From sequence record MZ234013.1: 64,000 nucleotides of DNA; one strand, written 5' to 3'. Below the pieces are notes generated by a model. The model worked only from the letters and a program-made list of their open reading frames with translations. It was not told the origin of the DNA and ran no database searches. Position 1 is the stretch's first letter. Each line of letters opens with the position of its first letter. Below, piece by piece: positions 49,137 through 59,283 of the stretch. Position numbers and translations under genes: made by a program. This DNA is from Escherichia phage vB_EcoM-101112UKE3-1.

Positions 49137-50954
49137 ATGATTAAGAATGAAATTAAAATTCTGAGCGATATTGAGCATATCAAAAAGCGTAGTGGCATGT
49201 ATATTGGCTCTTCTGCTAATGAAATGCATGAGCGCTTTCTGTTTGGTAAATGGGAAAGTGTTCAGTATGTACCTGGTCTTGTTAAGCTTATTGATGAAAT
49301 TATCGATAACTCAGTAGATGAAGGTATTCGTACTAAGTTTAAATTCGCAAATAAAATTAATGTTACTATTAAAAACAATCAAGTAACAGTTGAAGATAAC
49401 GGTCGTGGTATTCCGCAGGCGATGGTTAAAACACCTACCGGTGAAGAAATTCCTGGTCCTGTTGCTGCATGGACTATTCCAAAAGCAGGTGGTAACTTCG
49501 GTGATGATAAAGAACGCGTCACTGGCGGTATGAATGGTGTTGGTTCTAGTTTGACAAACATTTTTTCTGTGATGTTTGTCGGTGAAACTGGTGATGGTCA
49601 AAATAATATTGTAGTTCGTTGTTCAAATGGCATGGAAAATAAATCATGGGAAACTATTCCTGGAAAATGGAAAGGAACTCGTGTTACTTTCATTCCTGAT
49701 TTTATGTCATTTGAAACTAATGAGCTGTCCCAAGTTTATCTTGACATTACACTAGATCGTCTCCAGACACTTGCAGTAGTTTATCCTGATATTCAATTTA
49801 CCTTTAATGGTAAAAAGGTTCAGGGCAATTTTAAGAAATATGCACGCCAATATGATGAGCATGCTATCGTTCAAGAACAAGAAAATTGTTCTATTGCGGT
49901 TGGTCGTTCACCGGATGGTTTTCGTCAATTAACATACGTCAATAACATTCACACTAAGAATGGTGGCCATCACATTGACTGTGTTATGGATGATATTTGT
50001 GAAGACCTTATTCCACAAATCAAACGTAAGTTCAAAATTGATGTAACTAAAGCGCGTGTTAAAGAATGTTTGACTATCGTTATGTTTGTTCGTGATATGA
50101 AAAACATGCGATTTGATTCTCAAACTAAAGAGCGTTTGACTTCTCCATTTGGCGAAATTCGTAGTCATATTCAACTTGATGCTAAAAAGATTTCACGCGC
50201 TATTCTAAATAATGAAGCAATTCTAATGCCGATTATTGAAGCTGCTTTGGCTCGTAAATTGGCGGCAGAAAAAGCAGCAGAAACTAAAGCAGCTAAAAAG
50301 GCTTCTAAAGCTAAGGTTCATAAACATATCAAAGCGAATCTTTGTGGTAAAGATGCTGACACTACTCTTTTCTTGACTGAGGGTGATTCGGCTATCGGAT
50401 ATCTTATTGATGTTCGTGATAAAGAACTTCACGGTGGTTATCCATTGCGCGGTAAAGTTCTCAACAGTTGGGGTATGTCTTATGCAGATATGCTTAAAAA
50501 CAAAGAACTATTTGATATTTGCGCAATCACTGGATTAGTTCTCGGTGAAAAAGCTGAAAACTTGAATTATCATAATATTGCTATTATGACTGATGCTGAC
50601 CATGATGGTCTAGGAAGCATTTATCCTTCTCTGCTCGGGTTTTTTAGTAATTGGCCAGAACTGTTTGAGCAAGGAAGAATTCGTTTTGTCAAAACTCCTG
50701 TAATCATCGCTCAGGTCGGTAAAAAACAAGAATGGTTTTATACAGTCGCTGAATATGAGAGTGCTAAAGATGCTCTACCTAAACATAGCATCCGTTATAT
50801 TAAAGGACTTGGCTCTTTGGAAAAATCTGAATATCGTGAGATGATTCAAAATCCAGTATATGATGTTGTTAAACTTCCTGAGAACTGGAAAGAGCTTTTT
50901 GAAATGCTCATGGGAGATAATGCTGACCTTCGTAAAGAATGGATGAGCCAGTAG
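49137..50954 (+). CDS. 39: DNA topoisomerase II large subunit gp39 (uninterrupted form)
   Basis: 605 aa from ATG 49137; GHKL ATPase plus TOPRIM region in one ORF. Confidence 0.95.
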   Translation: MIKNEIKILSDIEHIKKRSGMYIGSSANEMHERFLFGKWESVQYVPGLVKLIDEIIDNSVDEGIRTKFKFANKINVTIKNNQVTVEDNGRGIPQAMVKTPTGEEIPGPVAAWTIPKAGGNFGDDKERVTGGMNGVGSSLTNIFSVMFVGETGDGQNNIVVRCSNGMENKSWETIPGKWKGTRVTFIPDFMSFETNELSQVYLDITLDRLQTLAVVYPDIQFTFNGKKVQGNFKKYARQYDEHAIVQEQENCSIAVGRSPDGFRQLTYVNNIHTKNGGHHIDCVMDDICEDLIPQIKRKFKIDVTKARVKECLTIVMFVRDMKNMRFDSQTKERLTSPFGEIRSHIQLDAKKISRAILNNEAILMPIIEAALARKLAAEKAAETKAAKKASKAKVHKHIKANLCGKDADTTLFLTEGDSAIGYLIDVRDKELHGGYPLRGKVLNSWGMSYADMLKNKELFDICAITGLVLGEKAENLNYHNIAIMTDADHDGLGSIYPSLLGFFSNWPELFEQGRIRFVKTPVIIAQVGKKQEWFYTVAEYESAKDALPKHSIRYIKGLGSLEKSEYREMIQNPVYDVVKLPENWKELFEMLMGDNADLRKEWMSQ

Positions 50955-50983
50955 TTTACTTTACCACAAGGATGTGGTATAAT
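50954..50983 (+). promoter_or_regulatory. T4 early-type promoter (near-identical copy of 4349)
   Basis: GTTTAC 50954-50959 overlapping gene 39 TAG stop, TATAAT 50978-50983. Confidence 0.7.
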
Positions 50984-51008
50984 TAATTGGGCAAATGAGG
51001 ATATTGAA

Positions 51009-51212
51009 ATGAAATCATATAAAGTAAATTTAGAACTTTTTGATAAAGCAGTTCATCGAGAATATAGAATCATTCAACGCTTTTTCGATATGGGAGAAGC
51101 CGAAGAATTTAAAAACCGCTTTAAAGATATTAGAGATAAAATTCAATCCGACACTGCAACTAAAGATGAATTACTAGAAGTTGCTGAAGTTATTAAGCGT
51201 AATATGAATTAA
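51009..51212 (+). CDS. hypothetical protein (67 aa)
   Basis: ORF track; upstream of rIIA. Confidence 0.4.
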   Translation: MKSYKVNLELFDKAVHREYRIIQRFFDMGEAEEFKNRFKDIRDKIQSDTATKDELLEVAEVIKRNMN

Positions 51213-51222
51213 TGAGGAAATT

Positions 51223-53400
51223 ATGATTATCACCACTGAAAAAGAAACAATTCTTGGCAATGGTTCTAAATCAAAAGCATTTAGCATCACAGCATCTCCT
51301 AAAGTATTTAAAATTCTGTCATCTGATTTGTATACAAACAAGATTCGTGCAGTAGTCCGTGAATTAATTACTAATATGATTGATGCCCATGCACTTAATG
51401 GAAATCCTGAAAAATTTATCATACAAGTTCCAGGACGATTAGATCCGCGATTTGTTTGTCGAGATTTTGGTCCGGGTATGAGTGATTTTGATATTCAGGG
51501 TGATGATAATTCTCCTGGGTTATATAATTCATACTTCAGTTCATCTAAGGCTGAATCTAATGACTTTATTGGCGGGTTTGGTTTAGGTTCTAAATCTCCG
51601 TTTAGTTATACTGATACATTTAGTATTACTTCGTATCATAAAGGTGAAATTCGTGGTTATGTAGCTTACATGGATGGTGATGGTCCACAAATTAAACCTA
51701 CATTCGTAAAAGAAATGGGTCCAGATGATAAAACTGGTATTGAAATCGTAGTTCCAGTTGAAGAAAAAGACTTTAGAAACTTTGCTTATGAAGTTTCTTA
51801 TATCATGCGACCATTCAAAGATTTGGCTATCATTAATGGTCTTGACCGCGAAATTGATTATTTTCCGGATTTTGATGACTATTACGGTGTAAATCCAGAA
51901 AGATACTGGCCTGATCGTGGTGGATTATATGCTATCTATGGCGGTATTGTTTATCCTATCGATGGTGTTATTAGAGACCGTAACTGGCTAAGCATTCGCA
52001 ATGAAGTGAATTACATTAAGTTTCCAATGGGTTCACTTGATATTGCTCCATCTCGCGAGGCTCTTTCACTGGATGATCGTACTCGTAAAAATATTATTGA
52101 ACGAGTTAAAGAACTCAGTGAGAAAGCATTTAATGAAGATGTAAAACGATTTAAAGAATCCACATCTCCCCGTCATACATATCGTGAATTGATGAAGATG
52201 GGGTATTCTGCTCGAGATTATATGATTAGTAATTCAGTCAAATTTACGACTAAAAATCTGTCATATAAGAAGATGCAAAGCATGTTTGAACCTGATAGTA
52301 AGTTATGCAATGCAGGAGTTGTGTATGAAGTAAATCTTGACCCTCGACTGAAACGCATTAAGCAAAGCCATGAAACTTCAGCCGTTGCATCAAGTTATCG
52401 TCTGTTTGGTATTAATACAACAAAAATTAATATCGTTATTGATAATATTAAAAATCGTGTTAATATTGTCCGTGGATTAGCACATGCGTTAGATGATAGT
52501 GAATTTAATAACACTTTGAATATTCATCACAACGAACGCCTTCTGTTTATTAATCCAGAAGTAGAATCGCAGATTGATTTGCTTCCTGATATTATGGCGA
52601 TGTTTGAAAGTGATGAAGTTAACATTCATTATTTGTCAGAAATTGAAGCTTTAGTTAAAAGCTATATTCCAAAGGTAGTTAAAAGTAAAGCTCCTCGTCC
52701 TAAAGCTGCTACAGCATTTAAGTTTGAAATTAAAGACGGGCGCTGGGAAAAAGAGGAATTATTTACGCTCACATCAGAAGCAGATGAAATTACTGGGTAT
52801 GTAGCGTATATGCATCGTTCTGATATTTTCTCTATGGATGGTACTACATCTCTTTGTCATCCATCTATGAATATTTTGATTCGTATGGCTAATCTTATTG
52901 GCATTAATGAGTTTTATGTTATTCGTCCGCTTTTGCAGAAAAAGGTAAAAGAACTCGGTCAGTGCCAATGTATTTTTGAAACTCTGCGTGATTTATATGT
53001 AGATGCTTTTGATGATGTAGATTATGATAAGTACGTAGGTTATTCAAGTTCAGCTCAACGATATATTGATAAAATTATCAAGTATCCTGAACTAGATTTT
53101 ATGATGAAGTACTTCAGTACAGATGAAGTTTCTGAAGAATATACACGACTCGCTAATATAGTTAGTTCATTGCGCGGTGTATATTTTAATGGTGGAAAAG
53201 ATACCATCGGTCATGACATCTGGACAGTAACTAATCTCTTTGATGAATTATCACGTAATGCTTCAAAAAATAGTGATAAAATGGTTGCTGAGTTTACCAA
53301 GAAATTCCGTATTGTTTCCGACTTCATCGGTTATCGTAACTCTTTGAGTGATGATGAAGTTTCCCAAATCGCTAAAACTATGAAGGCCCTTGCGGCCTAA
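51223..53400 (+). CDS. rIIA: rIIA protein
   Basis: 725 aa; size and order rIIA-rIIB. Confidence 0.95.
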   Translation: MIITTEKETILGNGSKSKAFSITASPKVFKILSSDLYTNKIRAVVRELITNMIDAHALNGNPEKFIIQVPGRLDPRFVCRDFGPGMSDFDIQGDDNSPGLYNSYFSSSKAESNDFIGGFGLGSKSPFSYTDTFSITSYHKGEIRGYVAYMDGDGPQIKPTFVKEMGPDDKTGIEIVVPVEEKDFRNFAYEVSYIMRPFKDLAIINGLDREIDYFPDFDDYYGVNPERYWPDRGGLYAIYGGIVYPIDGVIRDRNWLSIRNEVNYIKFPMGSLDIAPSREALSLDDRTRKNIIERVKELSEKAFNEDVKRFKESTSPRHTYRELMKMGYSARDYMISNSVKFTTKNLSYKKMQSMFEPDSKLCNAGVVYEVNLDPRLKRIKQSHETSAVASSYRLFGINTTKINIVIDNIKNRVNIVRGLAHALDDSEFNNTLNIHHNERLLFINPEVESQIDLLPDIMAMFESDEVNIHYLSEIEALVKSYIPKVVKSKAPRPKAATAFKFEIKDGRWEKEELFTLTSEADEITGYVAYMHRSDIFSMDGTTSLCHPSMNILIRMANLIGINEFYVIRPLLQKKVKELGQCQCIFETLRDLYVDAFDDVDYDKYVGYSSSAQRYIDKIIKYPELDFMMKYFSTDEVSEEYTRLANIVSSLRGVYFNGGKDTIGHDIWTVTNLFDELSRNASKNSDKMVAEFTKKFRIVSDFIGYRNSLSDDEVSQIAKTMKALAA

Positions 53401-53411
53401 TAAGGAAAATT

Positions 53412-54350
53412 ATGTACAATATTAAATGCCTGACCAAAAACGAACAAGCTGAAATTGTTAAATTGTATTCAAGTGGTAATTACACCCAACAGGAATTGGC
53501 TGATTGGCAAGGTGTATCGGTTGACACAATTCGTCGTGTTTTGAAAAATGCTGAAGAAGCTAAACGCTCTAAAGTTACTATTAGCGGTGATATTACAGTT
53601 AAAGTTAATAGCGATGCAGTTATTGCTCCAGTTGCTAAATCTGACATTATTTGGAATGCATCTAAAAAATTCATTTCAATTACTGTTGACGGTGTAACTT
53701 ATAACGCAACTCCTAATACTCATTCAAACTTCCAGGAAATTCTTAATCTGCTTGTAGCGGATAAGTTGGAAGAAGCGGCACAAAAAATTAATGTTCGTCG
53801 CGCTGTTGAAAAATATATTTCAGGCGATGTTCGAATTGAAGGTGGAAGCTTATTCTATCAAAATATTGAATTGCGATCTGGTTTGGTTGATCGTATTCTT
53901 GACTCGATGGAAAAAGGCGAAAACTTTGAATTTTATTTTCCGTTCTTGGAAAATCTGTTGGAAAACCCAAGCCAGAAAGCGGTATCTCGACTCTTTGATT
54001 TCTTGGTAGCAAACGATATTGAAATTACAGAAGATGGTTACTTCTATGCTTGGAAAGTAGTTCGCAGTAATTACTTTGACTGTCATTCAAATACTTTTGA
54101 TAACAGTCCTGGTAAAGTAGTTAAAATGCCACGTACTCGTGTGAATGACGATGATACACAAACTTGTTCTCGTGGTCTGCATGTGTGTTCTAAATCTTAT
54201 ATTCGTCACTTTGGTAGTTCAACCAGTCGAGTTGTAAAAGTTAAAGTGCATCCTCGCGATGTGGTATCAATTCCGATTGATTACAACGACGCTAAAATGC
54301 GTACCTGCCAATACGAAGTAGTTGAAGACGTTACTGAACAATTTAAATAA
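53412..54350 (+). CDS. rIIB: rIIB protein
   Basis: 312 aa; start AAGGAAAATTATGTACAAT. Confidence 0.95.
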   Translation: MYNIKCLTKNEQAEIVKLYSSGNYTQQELADWQGVSVDTIRRVLKNAEEAKRSKVTISGDITVKVNSDAVIAPVAKSDIIWNASKKFISITVDGVTYNATPNTHSNFQEILNLLVADKLEEAAQKINVRRAVEKYISGDVRIEGGSLFYQNIELRSGLVDRILDSMEKGENFEFYFPFLENLLENPSQKAVSRLFDFLVANDIEITEDGYFYAWKVVRSNYFDCHSNTFDNSPGKVVKMPRTRVNDDDTQTCSRGLHVCSKSYIRHFGSSTSRVVKVKVHPRDVVSIPIDYNDAKMRTCQYEVVEDVTEQFK

Positions 54351-54366
54351 GGGCTTCGGCCCTTAA
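54349..54366 (+). terminator. stem-loop after rIIB
   Basis: AAGGGC-TTCG-GCCCTT. Confidence 0.55.
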
Positions 54367-54378
54367 CTGAGGAAAATT

Positions 54379-54573
54379 ATGTTAGGTTATCAAGCACGAG
54401 TAAAAGAAGAATACGATCAATTAATGCTCAAAATTAATGCACTGAGCAAATTTTTAGAAAGCGCAAAGTTTCTAACAGTTAATGCAGTTGAGCAAGAACT
54501 GTTACTTTCGCAGTTTATCTCAATGAAATCTTATGCTGAATGTCTAGAGAAAAGAATTGCACAATTCAAATAA
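54379..54573 (+). CDS. hypothetical protein (64 aa)
   Basis: ORF track; bracketed by two hairpins. Confidence 0.4.
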   Translation: MLGYQARVKEEYDQLMLKINALSKFLESAKFLTVNAVEQELLLSQFISMKSYAECLEKRIAQFK

Positions 54574-54576
54574 AAT

Positions 54577-54598
54577 AAGGGCTTCGGCCCTTTTGTTT
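54577..54598 (+). terminator. intrinsic terminator
   Basis: AAGGGC-TTCG-GCCCTT followed by TTGTTTT. Confidence 0.7.
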
Positions 54599-54659
54599 TA
54601 AGAGAAATTATGATTTATTATATGAATACCAGTGATTCAGACATAAAAGGAAAGTTTAA

Positions 54660-55217
54660 ATGCAGAAAACGAATCCGGGGTTACAGAGACTATTTCAGAT
54701 TCCGACATTTACCCTATCGAACAGTGACTTGACTAGTGAAATGAAGGTCAAAATTGCTGATACTGCAAGATACTCTTTAAAACAAAACCCGAACCAGGAT
54801 AAAGCAGAAGTTATTGAAAGATGTCGTATTGCTGTATACGCAGAGTTTTTTGTAGCAGATTGGCTAAGCGGGTATGTTAATAAAGGTCAAGAAGATGTCG
54901 ATGATCCATATACATACGCGTGGGATGTTTTAGCACATCCAAAATACTGTGGGCTTCGTGTAGAAGTTAAGACACATCAAACTGGCTCACGTTGGATTTC
55001 TGTAACAACAGGATGCAGCGGAGAGTATCCATACGGTTCTGGAATAAATCTAGGGCCCATTCTAAATCATCAAGTCGCTGACTGTATAATTATATTCAAC
55101 ACTAAAGAAATTCATCCAGGTGTTATCCAGTACACTCCGAAGTTCATCGGTGACAGAGAAGACCTTCGTAAGGTTGTAAGAAAAAGCAACTACAATGGAT
55201 GGTATCTTTCCATTTAA
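54660..55217 (+). CDS. denB: endonuclease IV (DenB)
   Basis: 185 aa; size and position after rIIB. Confidence 0.8.
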   Translation: MQKTNPGLQRLFQIPTFTLSNSDLTSEMKVKIADTARYSLKQNPNQDKAEVIERCRIAVYAEFFVADWLSGYVNKGQEDVDDPYTYAWDVLAHPKYCGLRVEVKTHQTGSRWISVTTGCSGEYPYGSGINLGPILNHQVADCIIIFNTKEIHPGVIQYTPKFIGDREDLRKVVRKSNYNGWYLSI

Positions 55218-55235
55218 AAAAATTTTCACAAAACA

Positions 55236-55265
55236 GTTTACATACCACAAGGACCGTGGTACTAT
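55236..55265 (+). promoter_or_regulatory. T4 early-type promoter
   Basis: TTTTCACAAAAC upstream, GTTTAC 55236-55241, TACTAT 55260-55265. Confidence 0.65.
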
Positions 55266-55292
55266 ACAACTATCAGCTACGGAGGAGTAAAA

Positions 55293-55556
55293 ATGAAATT
55301 TAAATTTTATTATGCTAAACATAAAATTACCGGTGAATTTATTGCATTTACGACTTCAACTACAGATGAAGGAGATATTTTTACTGCAGTATTTTTATCA
55401 AAATGGGAATCAGATCAACCTTACTTATCATCACGTGAAGATCTCCAACGATTAGTTAATGGAGAATATAATGATTCATGGTCATATTTAGTCCATGATT
55501 GTGTTAAAAAGGCAATAAAACAAAAACACTTGGAAATCGTTGAGATTGAACTATGA
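55293..55556 (+). CDS. hypothetical protein (87 aa)
   Basis: ORF track; GGAGG then ATG. Confidence 0.4.
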   Translation: MKFKFYYAKHKITGEFIAFTTSTTDEGDIFTAVFLSKWESDQPYLSSREDLQRLVNGEYNDSWSYLVHDCVKKAIKQKHLEIVEIEL

Positions 55557-55589
55557 GTTCATTATGTTGGTGTTTTGTTTGGTTAATTA

Positions 55590-55699
55590 GTATTCCAGTA
55601 ATTTGTTTAACATTTACTTTTGTGATGAGGTTATTATGAAAATTGTATTCCAGTAATTTGTTTAACATTTACTTTTGTGATGAGGTTATTATGAAAATT
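55590..55699. repeat. perfect tandem duplication, 2 x 55 bp
   Basis: gtattccagtaatttgtttaacatttacttttgtgatgaggttattatgaaaatt at 55590-55644 and 55645-55699. Confidence 0.95.
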
Positions 55700-55789
55700 T
55701 TGAATTCTGTACTTATTGCGTGTGCATGGTGGGTTGCACAAGTTTCGGCAGTAGTGATTGGTATTCACATTTATTACGAATATTTTTAA
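55691..55789 (+). CDS. small hydrophobic protein (32 aa) starting inside repeat copy 2
   Basis: ATG 55691 with GAGG upstream; copy 1 start gives only MKIVFQ. Confidence 0.25.
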   Translation: MKILNSVLIACAWWVAQVSAVVIGIHIYYEYF

Positions 55790-55796
55790 AAAAGTT

Positions 55797-55826
55797 GTTT
55801 ACAAGACTGTTCTTCCGTGGTACTAT
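55797..55826 (+). promoter_or_regulatory. T4 early-type promoter (cassette family)
   Basis: GTTTAC 55797-55802, TACTAT 55821-55826, then CTATCAACTACGGAGGAAC leader. Confidence 0.65.
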
Positions 55827-55854
55827 TACCCTATCAACTACGGAGGAACAGAAA

Positions 55855-55968
55855 ATGAAAAAGATTGTTAAAGCTATATGGAATGTAGTTATAATACTAA
55901 TAGTTTTGAGTATATTCCCAATCGTTTTAATGATTGATGTATTAAACGTTTACTTTGGATTTATGTGA
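55855..55968 (+). CDS. small membrane protein (37 aa)
   Basis: ATG 55855 after GGAGG; hydrophobic. Confidence 0.3.
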   Translation: MKKIVKAIWNVVIILIVLSIFPIVLMIDVLNVYFGFM

Positions 55969-55975
55969 GGAAAAT

Positions 55976-56173
55976 ATGAAGCGTAAACGCAGTGCTTTTA
56001 CATTTATTGAATGGTTTTTCGATAATATTTTTCCGGCTTTATTCATTTTCATGCTGATTTTTGCCTTAGGTTCAGTTGTAGTTGGAATTTATTTGATGAC
56101 GGTAGTCGGAATGGATATTCATCAAAATGGTTTAAAATCCGTGGTTGAAACAATTTGGAATGGTGTAAAATGA
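55976..56173 (+). CDS. small membrane protein (65 aa)
   Basis: ATG 55976 after GAGGAAAAT; hydrophobic core. Confidence 0.4.
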   Translation: MKRKRSAFTFIEWFFDNIFPALFIFMLIFALGSVVVGIYLMTVVGMDIHQNGLKSVVETIWNGVK

Positions 56174-56280
56174 TGAATTTGATGAGTGGTTGGTTTTATA
56201 TTCTTATGTTTTACATTGGCGCAAATTTTCCATATTGGATGGGATGGTCAACAACTGCATTTGGATTTTATACTCCTTGA
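56170..56280 (+). CDS. small membrane protein (36 aa)
   Basis: ATGA overlap; aromatic/hydrophobic. Confidence 0.3.
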   Translation: MMNLMSGWFYILMFYIGANFPYWMGWSTTAFGFYTP

Positions 56281-56288
56281 GGTGAATT

Positions 56289-56504
56289 ATGAAAATCTTT
56301 AAAGATGTAAAAGTTGGTGAAATTTTTTGCTTGGATAGTGGTGATCAGTTAATTCGTATTTCACCTCTTAAGAGCACTAGCGAAAAAATGACAGTTAATG
56401 CTACTTTAGCAAATAACAGTAATGAACGTTTCTGTATTGAAAATGATACTGAAACTTATACCGTAGAAGAGTTTTGGGAATTGAGCGTCGACTGCGACGA
56501 TTAA
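56289..56504 (+). CDS. hypothetical protein (71 aa)
   Basis: ORF track. Confidence 0.4.
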   Translation: MKIFKDVKVGEIFCLDSGDQLIRISPLKSTSEKMTVNATLANNSNERFCIENDTETYTVEEFWELSVDCDD

Positions 56505-56564
56505 TTTAATGGCCGCGTGTATTCATGCGGCCTTGGAGTAGAAAATAATTTAGAGGAAATTAAT

Positions 56565-57023
56565 ATGAAATACATGACTGTTACTGATCTGAATAATGCA
56601 GGCGCTACTGTTATTGGTACAATCAAGGGTGGTGAGTGGTTTTTGGGAACTCCGCATAAAGATATTTTATCTAAACCTGGATTTTATTTTTTAGTAAGTA
56701 AATTAGATGGTCGTCCATTTAGTAATCCATGTGTGTCTGCACGATTTTATGTAGGTAATCAGCGTTCTAAGCAAGGATTCAGTGCAGTTCTAAGTCATAT
56801 TCGTCAACGTCGGTCTCAGCTTGCACGTACTATTGCAAATAACAATATGGTATACACAGTATTTTATCTGCCTGCTTCTAAGATGAAACCTCTGACGACG
56901 GGATTTGGAAAAGGACAGTTAGCTTTAGCGTTTACTCGTAATCATCATTCTGAGTATCAAACACTTGAAGAAATGAACCGTATGTTGGCTGATAATTTTA
57001 AATTCGTTTTGCAGGCGTATTAA
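56565..57023 (+). CDS. ndd: nucleoid disruption protein Ndd
   Basis: 152 aa from ATG 56565 (AGAGGAAAT upstream); sequence [19 protein letters not shown] matches recalled T4 Ndd. Confidence 0.85.
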
Positions 57024-57103
57024 TGAGTAATTTCCACAACGAACACGTGATGCAGTTCTATCGTAATAATCTTAAAACTAAAGGCGTCTTCGGACGCCAG
57101 TGA
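57023..57103 (+). CDS. stp: Stp peptide (activator of host PrrC/EcoprrI system)
   Basis: 26 aa [26 protein letters not shown]; ATG overlaps ndd stop; contains GGCGTC-TTCG-GACGCC hairpin. Confidence 0.8.
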
Positions 57104-57110
57104 GGAAAAT

Positions 57111-57269
57111 ATGAATATCGCAAAATTATTAGGAGTTATTTCATTTATTTGTTGGATAGTAGCATGTGTTTTAACTATCTGTATTGATGCCAGCAGTGTG
57201 TTTTCGCAAGCTTTAGCTCAGGGTATGTGTGCATATTTAACATTTGTGTTGTTATCTACTAATGATTAA
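57111..57269 (+). CDS. ac: Ac (acridine sensitivity) small membrane protein
   Basis: 52 aa hydrophobic; position between stp and 52. Confidence 0.75.
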   Translation: MNIAKLLGVISFICWIVACVLTICIDASSVFSQALAQGMCAYLTFVLLSTND

Positions 57270-57402
57270 GAAAATCTTGGGCTATTCATTAGCCCTTGCT
57301 ATTTTATTGATAGCATTATATTACGGAATAATGTTCGGATTAATTCAAGTCGTGCTTTTCATTTCTGATGTTATTATGGCACTACATTCACTAGTATGGT
57401 AA
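57262..57402 (+). CDS. small membrane protein (46 aa)
   Basis: ATG 57262 overlapping ac 3' end. Confidence 0.3.
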   Translation: MIKKILGYSLALAILLIALYYGIMFGLIQVVLFISDVIMALHSLVW

Positions 57403-57406
57403 ATTT

Positions 57407-58735
57407 ATGCAACTGAATAATCGTGATTTAAAAAGTATCATTGATAATGAAGCATTGGCTTATGCTATGTACACGGTTGAAAATCGTGCCATTCCAAATA
57501 TGATTGACGGATTTAAGCCAGTTCAACGATTTGTTATTGCTCGAGCTCTTGATTTGGCACGAGGAAATAAAGATAAGTTTCACAAACTCGCTTCTATCGC
57601 AGGCGGTGTAGCGGACCTTGGATATCATCATGGTGAAAACTCTGCGCAAGACGCAGGTGCTTTGATGGCTAACACTTGGAATAATAACTTTCCTCTGTTA
57701 GACGGTCAAGGAAACTTTGGTTCTCGTACTGTCCAAAAGGCAGCAGCAAGTCGTTATATTTTTGCTCGTGTAAGTAAAAATTTCTATAACGTATATAAAG
57801 ATACTGAATATGCTCCAGTACATCAAGATAAAGAACACATTCCGCCTGCTTTCTATTTGCCTATTATTCCTACTGTTCTTCTTAATGGCGTTTCCGGTAT
57901 TGCAACTGGTTATGCAACTTACATTCTTCCTCATAGTGTTTCTTCTGTCAAGAAAGCTGTACTGCAAGCTCTTCAAGGAAAGAAAGTAACTAAACCGAAG
58001 GTAGAATTCCCAGAATTTCGTGGTGAAGTCGTTGAAATTGATGGGCAATATGAAATTCGTGGAACATATAAGTTTACTTCACGAACTCAAATGCATATCA
58101 CTGAGATTCCATATAAGTATGATCGTGAAACTTATGTGAGTAAAATCTTAGACCCGCTTGAAGATAAAGGCTTCATTACATGGGATGATGCTTGTGGTGA
58201 GCATGGCTTTGGCTTCAAAGTTAAATTCCGAAAAGAATACTCTTTGAGCGATAATGAAGAAGAACGCCATGCAAAAATTATGAAAGACTTCGGGTTGATT
58301 GAGCGTCGTTCCCAGAATATTACCGTCATTAATGAGAAAGGAAAGCTGCAAGTTTACGATAATGTAGTTGATTTAATCAAAGACTTCGTTGAAGTTCGTA
58401 AAACTTATGTCCAAAAACGAATTGATAACAAAATCAAAGAAACTGAATCAGCATTTCGTTTAGCTTTTGCCAAGGCACATTTCATTAAGAAAGTAATTTC
58501 AGGTGAAATTGTTGTACAAGGTAAAACTCGCAAAGAACTGACCGAAGAACTTTCTAAAATTGATATGTATTCTTCTTATGTTGATAAACTAGTTGGAATG
58601 AACATTTTTCATATGACTTCCGACGAAGCAAAGAAACTTGCTGAAGAAGCTAAAGCCAAAAAAGAAGAAAACGAATATTGGAAAACTACTGATGTAGTTA
58701 CAGAATACACCAAAGATTTAGAGGAAATCAAATGA
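57407..58735 (+). CDS. 52: DNA topoisomerase II medium subunit gp52
   Basis: 442 aa; GyrA-like N-terminal domain; size and position. Confidence 0.95.
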   Translation: MQLNNRDLKSIIDNEALAYAMYTVENRAIPNMIDGFKPVQRFVIARALDLARGNKDKFHKLASIAGGVADLGYHHGENSAQDAGALMANTWNNNFPLLDGQGNFGSRTVQKAAASRYIFARVSKNFYNVYKDTEYAPVHQDKEHIPPAFYLPIIPTVLLNGVSGIATGYATYILPHSVSSVKKAVLQALQGKKVTKPKVEFPEFRGEVVEIDGQYEIRGTYKFTSRTQMHITEIPYKYDRETYVSKILDPLEDKGFITWDDACGEHGFGFKVKFRKEYSLSDNEEERHAKIMKDFGLIERRSQNITVINEKGKLQVYDNVVDLIKDFVEVRKTYVQKRIDNKIKETESAFRLAFAKAHFIKKVISGEIVVQGKTRKELTEELSKIDMYSSYVDKLVGMNIFHMTSDEAKKLAEEAKAKKEENEYWKTTDVVTEYTKDLEEIK

Positions 58736-58881
58736 GTCCATTCATTGGTATCACAAGCGCTGCACTAGTATCTGGTGGCATTTTACTGGCGGGTTTAGGT
58801 GTTGTTCCTGCCGTAGCAGGAGGTCTTCTTGCGTTCGGAATTCAACGTGTTATCATGACAGTTATCACAGTCATGCAGTAA
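58732..58881 (+). CDS. small membrane protein (49 aa)
   Basis: ATGA overlap with gene 52 stop; Gly/Ala-rich hydrophobic. Confidence 0.35.
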   Translation: MSPFIGITSAALVSGGILLAGLGVVPAVAGGLLAFGIQRVIMTVITVMQ

Positions 58882-58886
58882 TTTTA

Positions 58887-58912
58887 GGGAGAGCCTCGGC
58901 TCTCCCTTTTTT
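58887..58912 (+). terminator. intrinsic terminator
   Basis: GGGAGAGCC-TCG-GCTCTCCC followed by TTTTTT. Confidence 0.8.
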
Positions 58913-58937
58913 ATTTCAAAAATTTTTTCACAAAACG

Positions 58938-58967
58938 GTTTACAACCAAAGCATACTGTGGTACTAT
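58938..58967 (+). promoter_or_regulatory. T4 early-type promoter
   Basis: GTTTAC 58938-58943, TGTGG, TACTAT 58962-58967. Confidence 0.65.
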
Positions 58968-59016
58968 ACAACTATCAAATAAATGAACTGAAACAAACAA
59001 CCCGGAGATACAAAAA

Positions 59017-59244
59017 ATGAAATTTAAAATCGAAAACGAAATCGTTAAAGCTAAAAATGCTCTGACTGCTAACAAACTGGTTGTAGATGGTATTGAATAT
59101 GATATCTGTGGAGTTCGTGAAGAAAAACCTGGTGTTCTGACTTTCTTCACAATGATTTTTAAATTTAAAGGTGACACAGAATTCAAACAGTTTGATTTTG
59201 CCCATGAAGACGAAATCGAAGTTCGTAATCTGAACATTAAGTAA
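59017..59244 (+). CDS. hypothetical protein (75 aa)
   Basis: ORF track; SD CCGGAGA. Confidence 0.45.
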   Translation: MKFKIENEIVKAKNALTANKLVVDGIEYDICGVREEKPGVLTFFTMIFKFKGDTEFKQFDFAHEDEIEVRNLNIK

Positions 59245-59283
59245 GTACTTTATTAGAGCTCTTGAAAAAGAGTGCAAAAAAGT

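Noticed and set aside
49137-51212. Gene 60 translational bypass element and mobA downstream of gene 39
   Set aside because: gp39 is a single uninterrupted 605-aa ORF; the next ORF (67 aa) does not resemble a gene 60 fragment.
55590-55699. Possible CRISPR array
   Set aside because: Only two identical 55-bp units with no spacers and no cas genes; this is a tandem duplication. No other spacer-repeat architecture was seen in the window.
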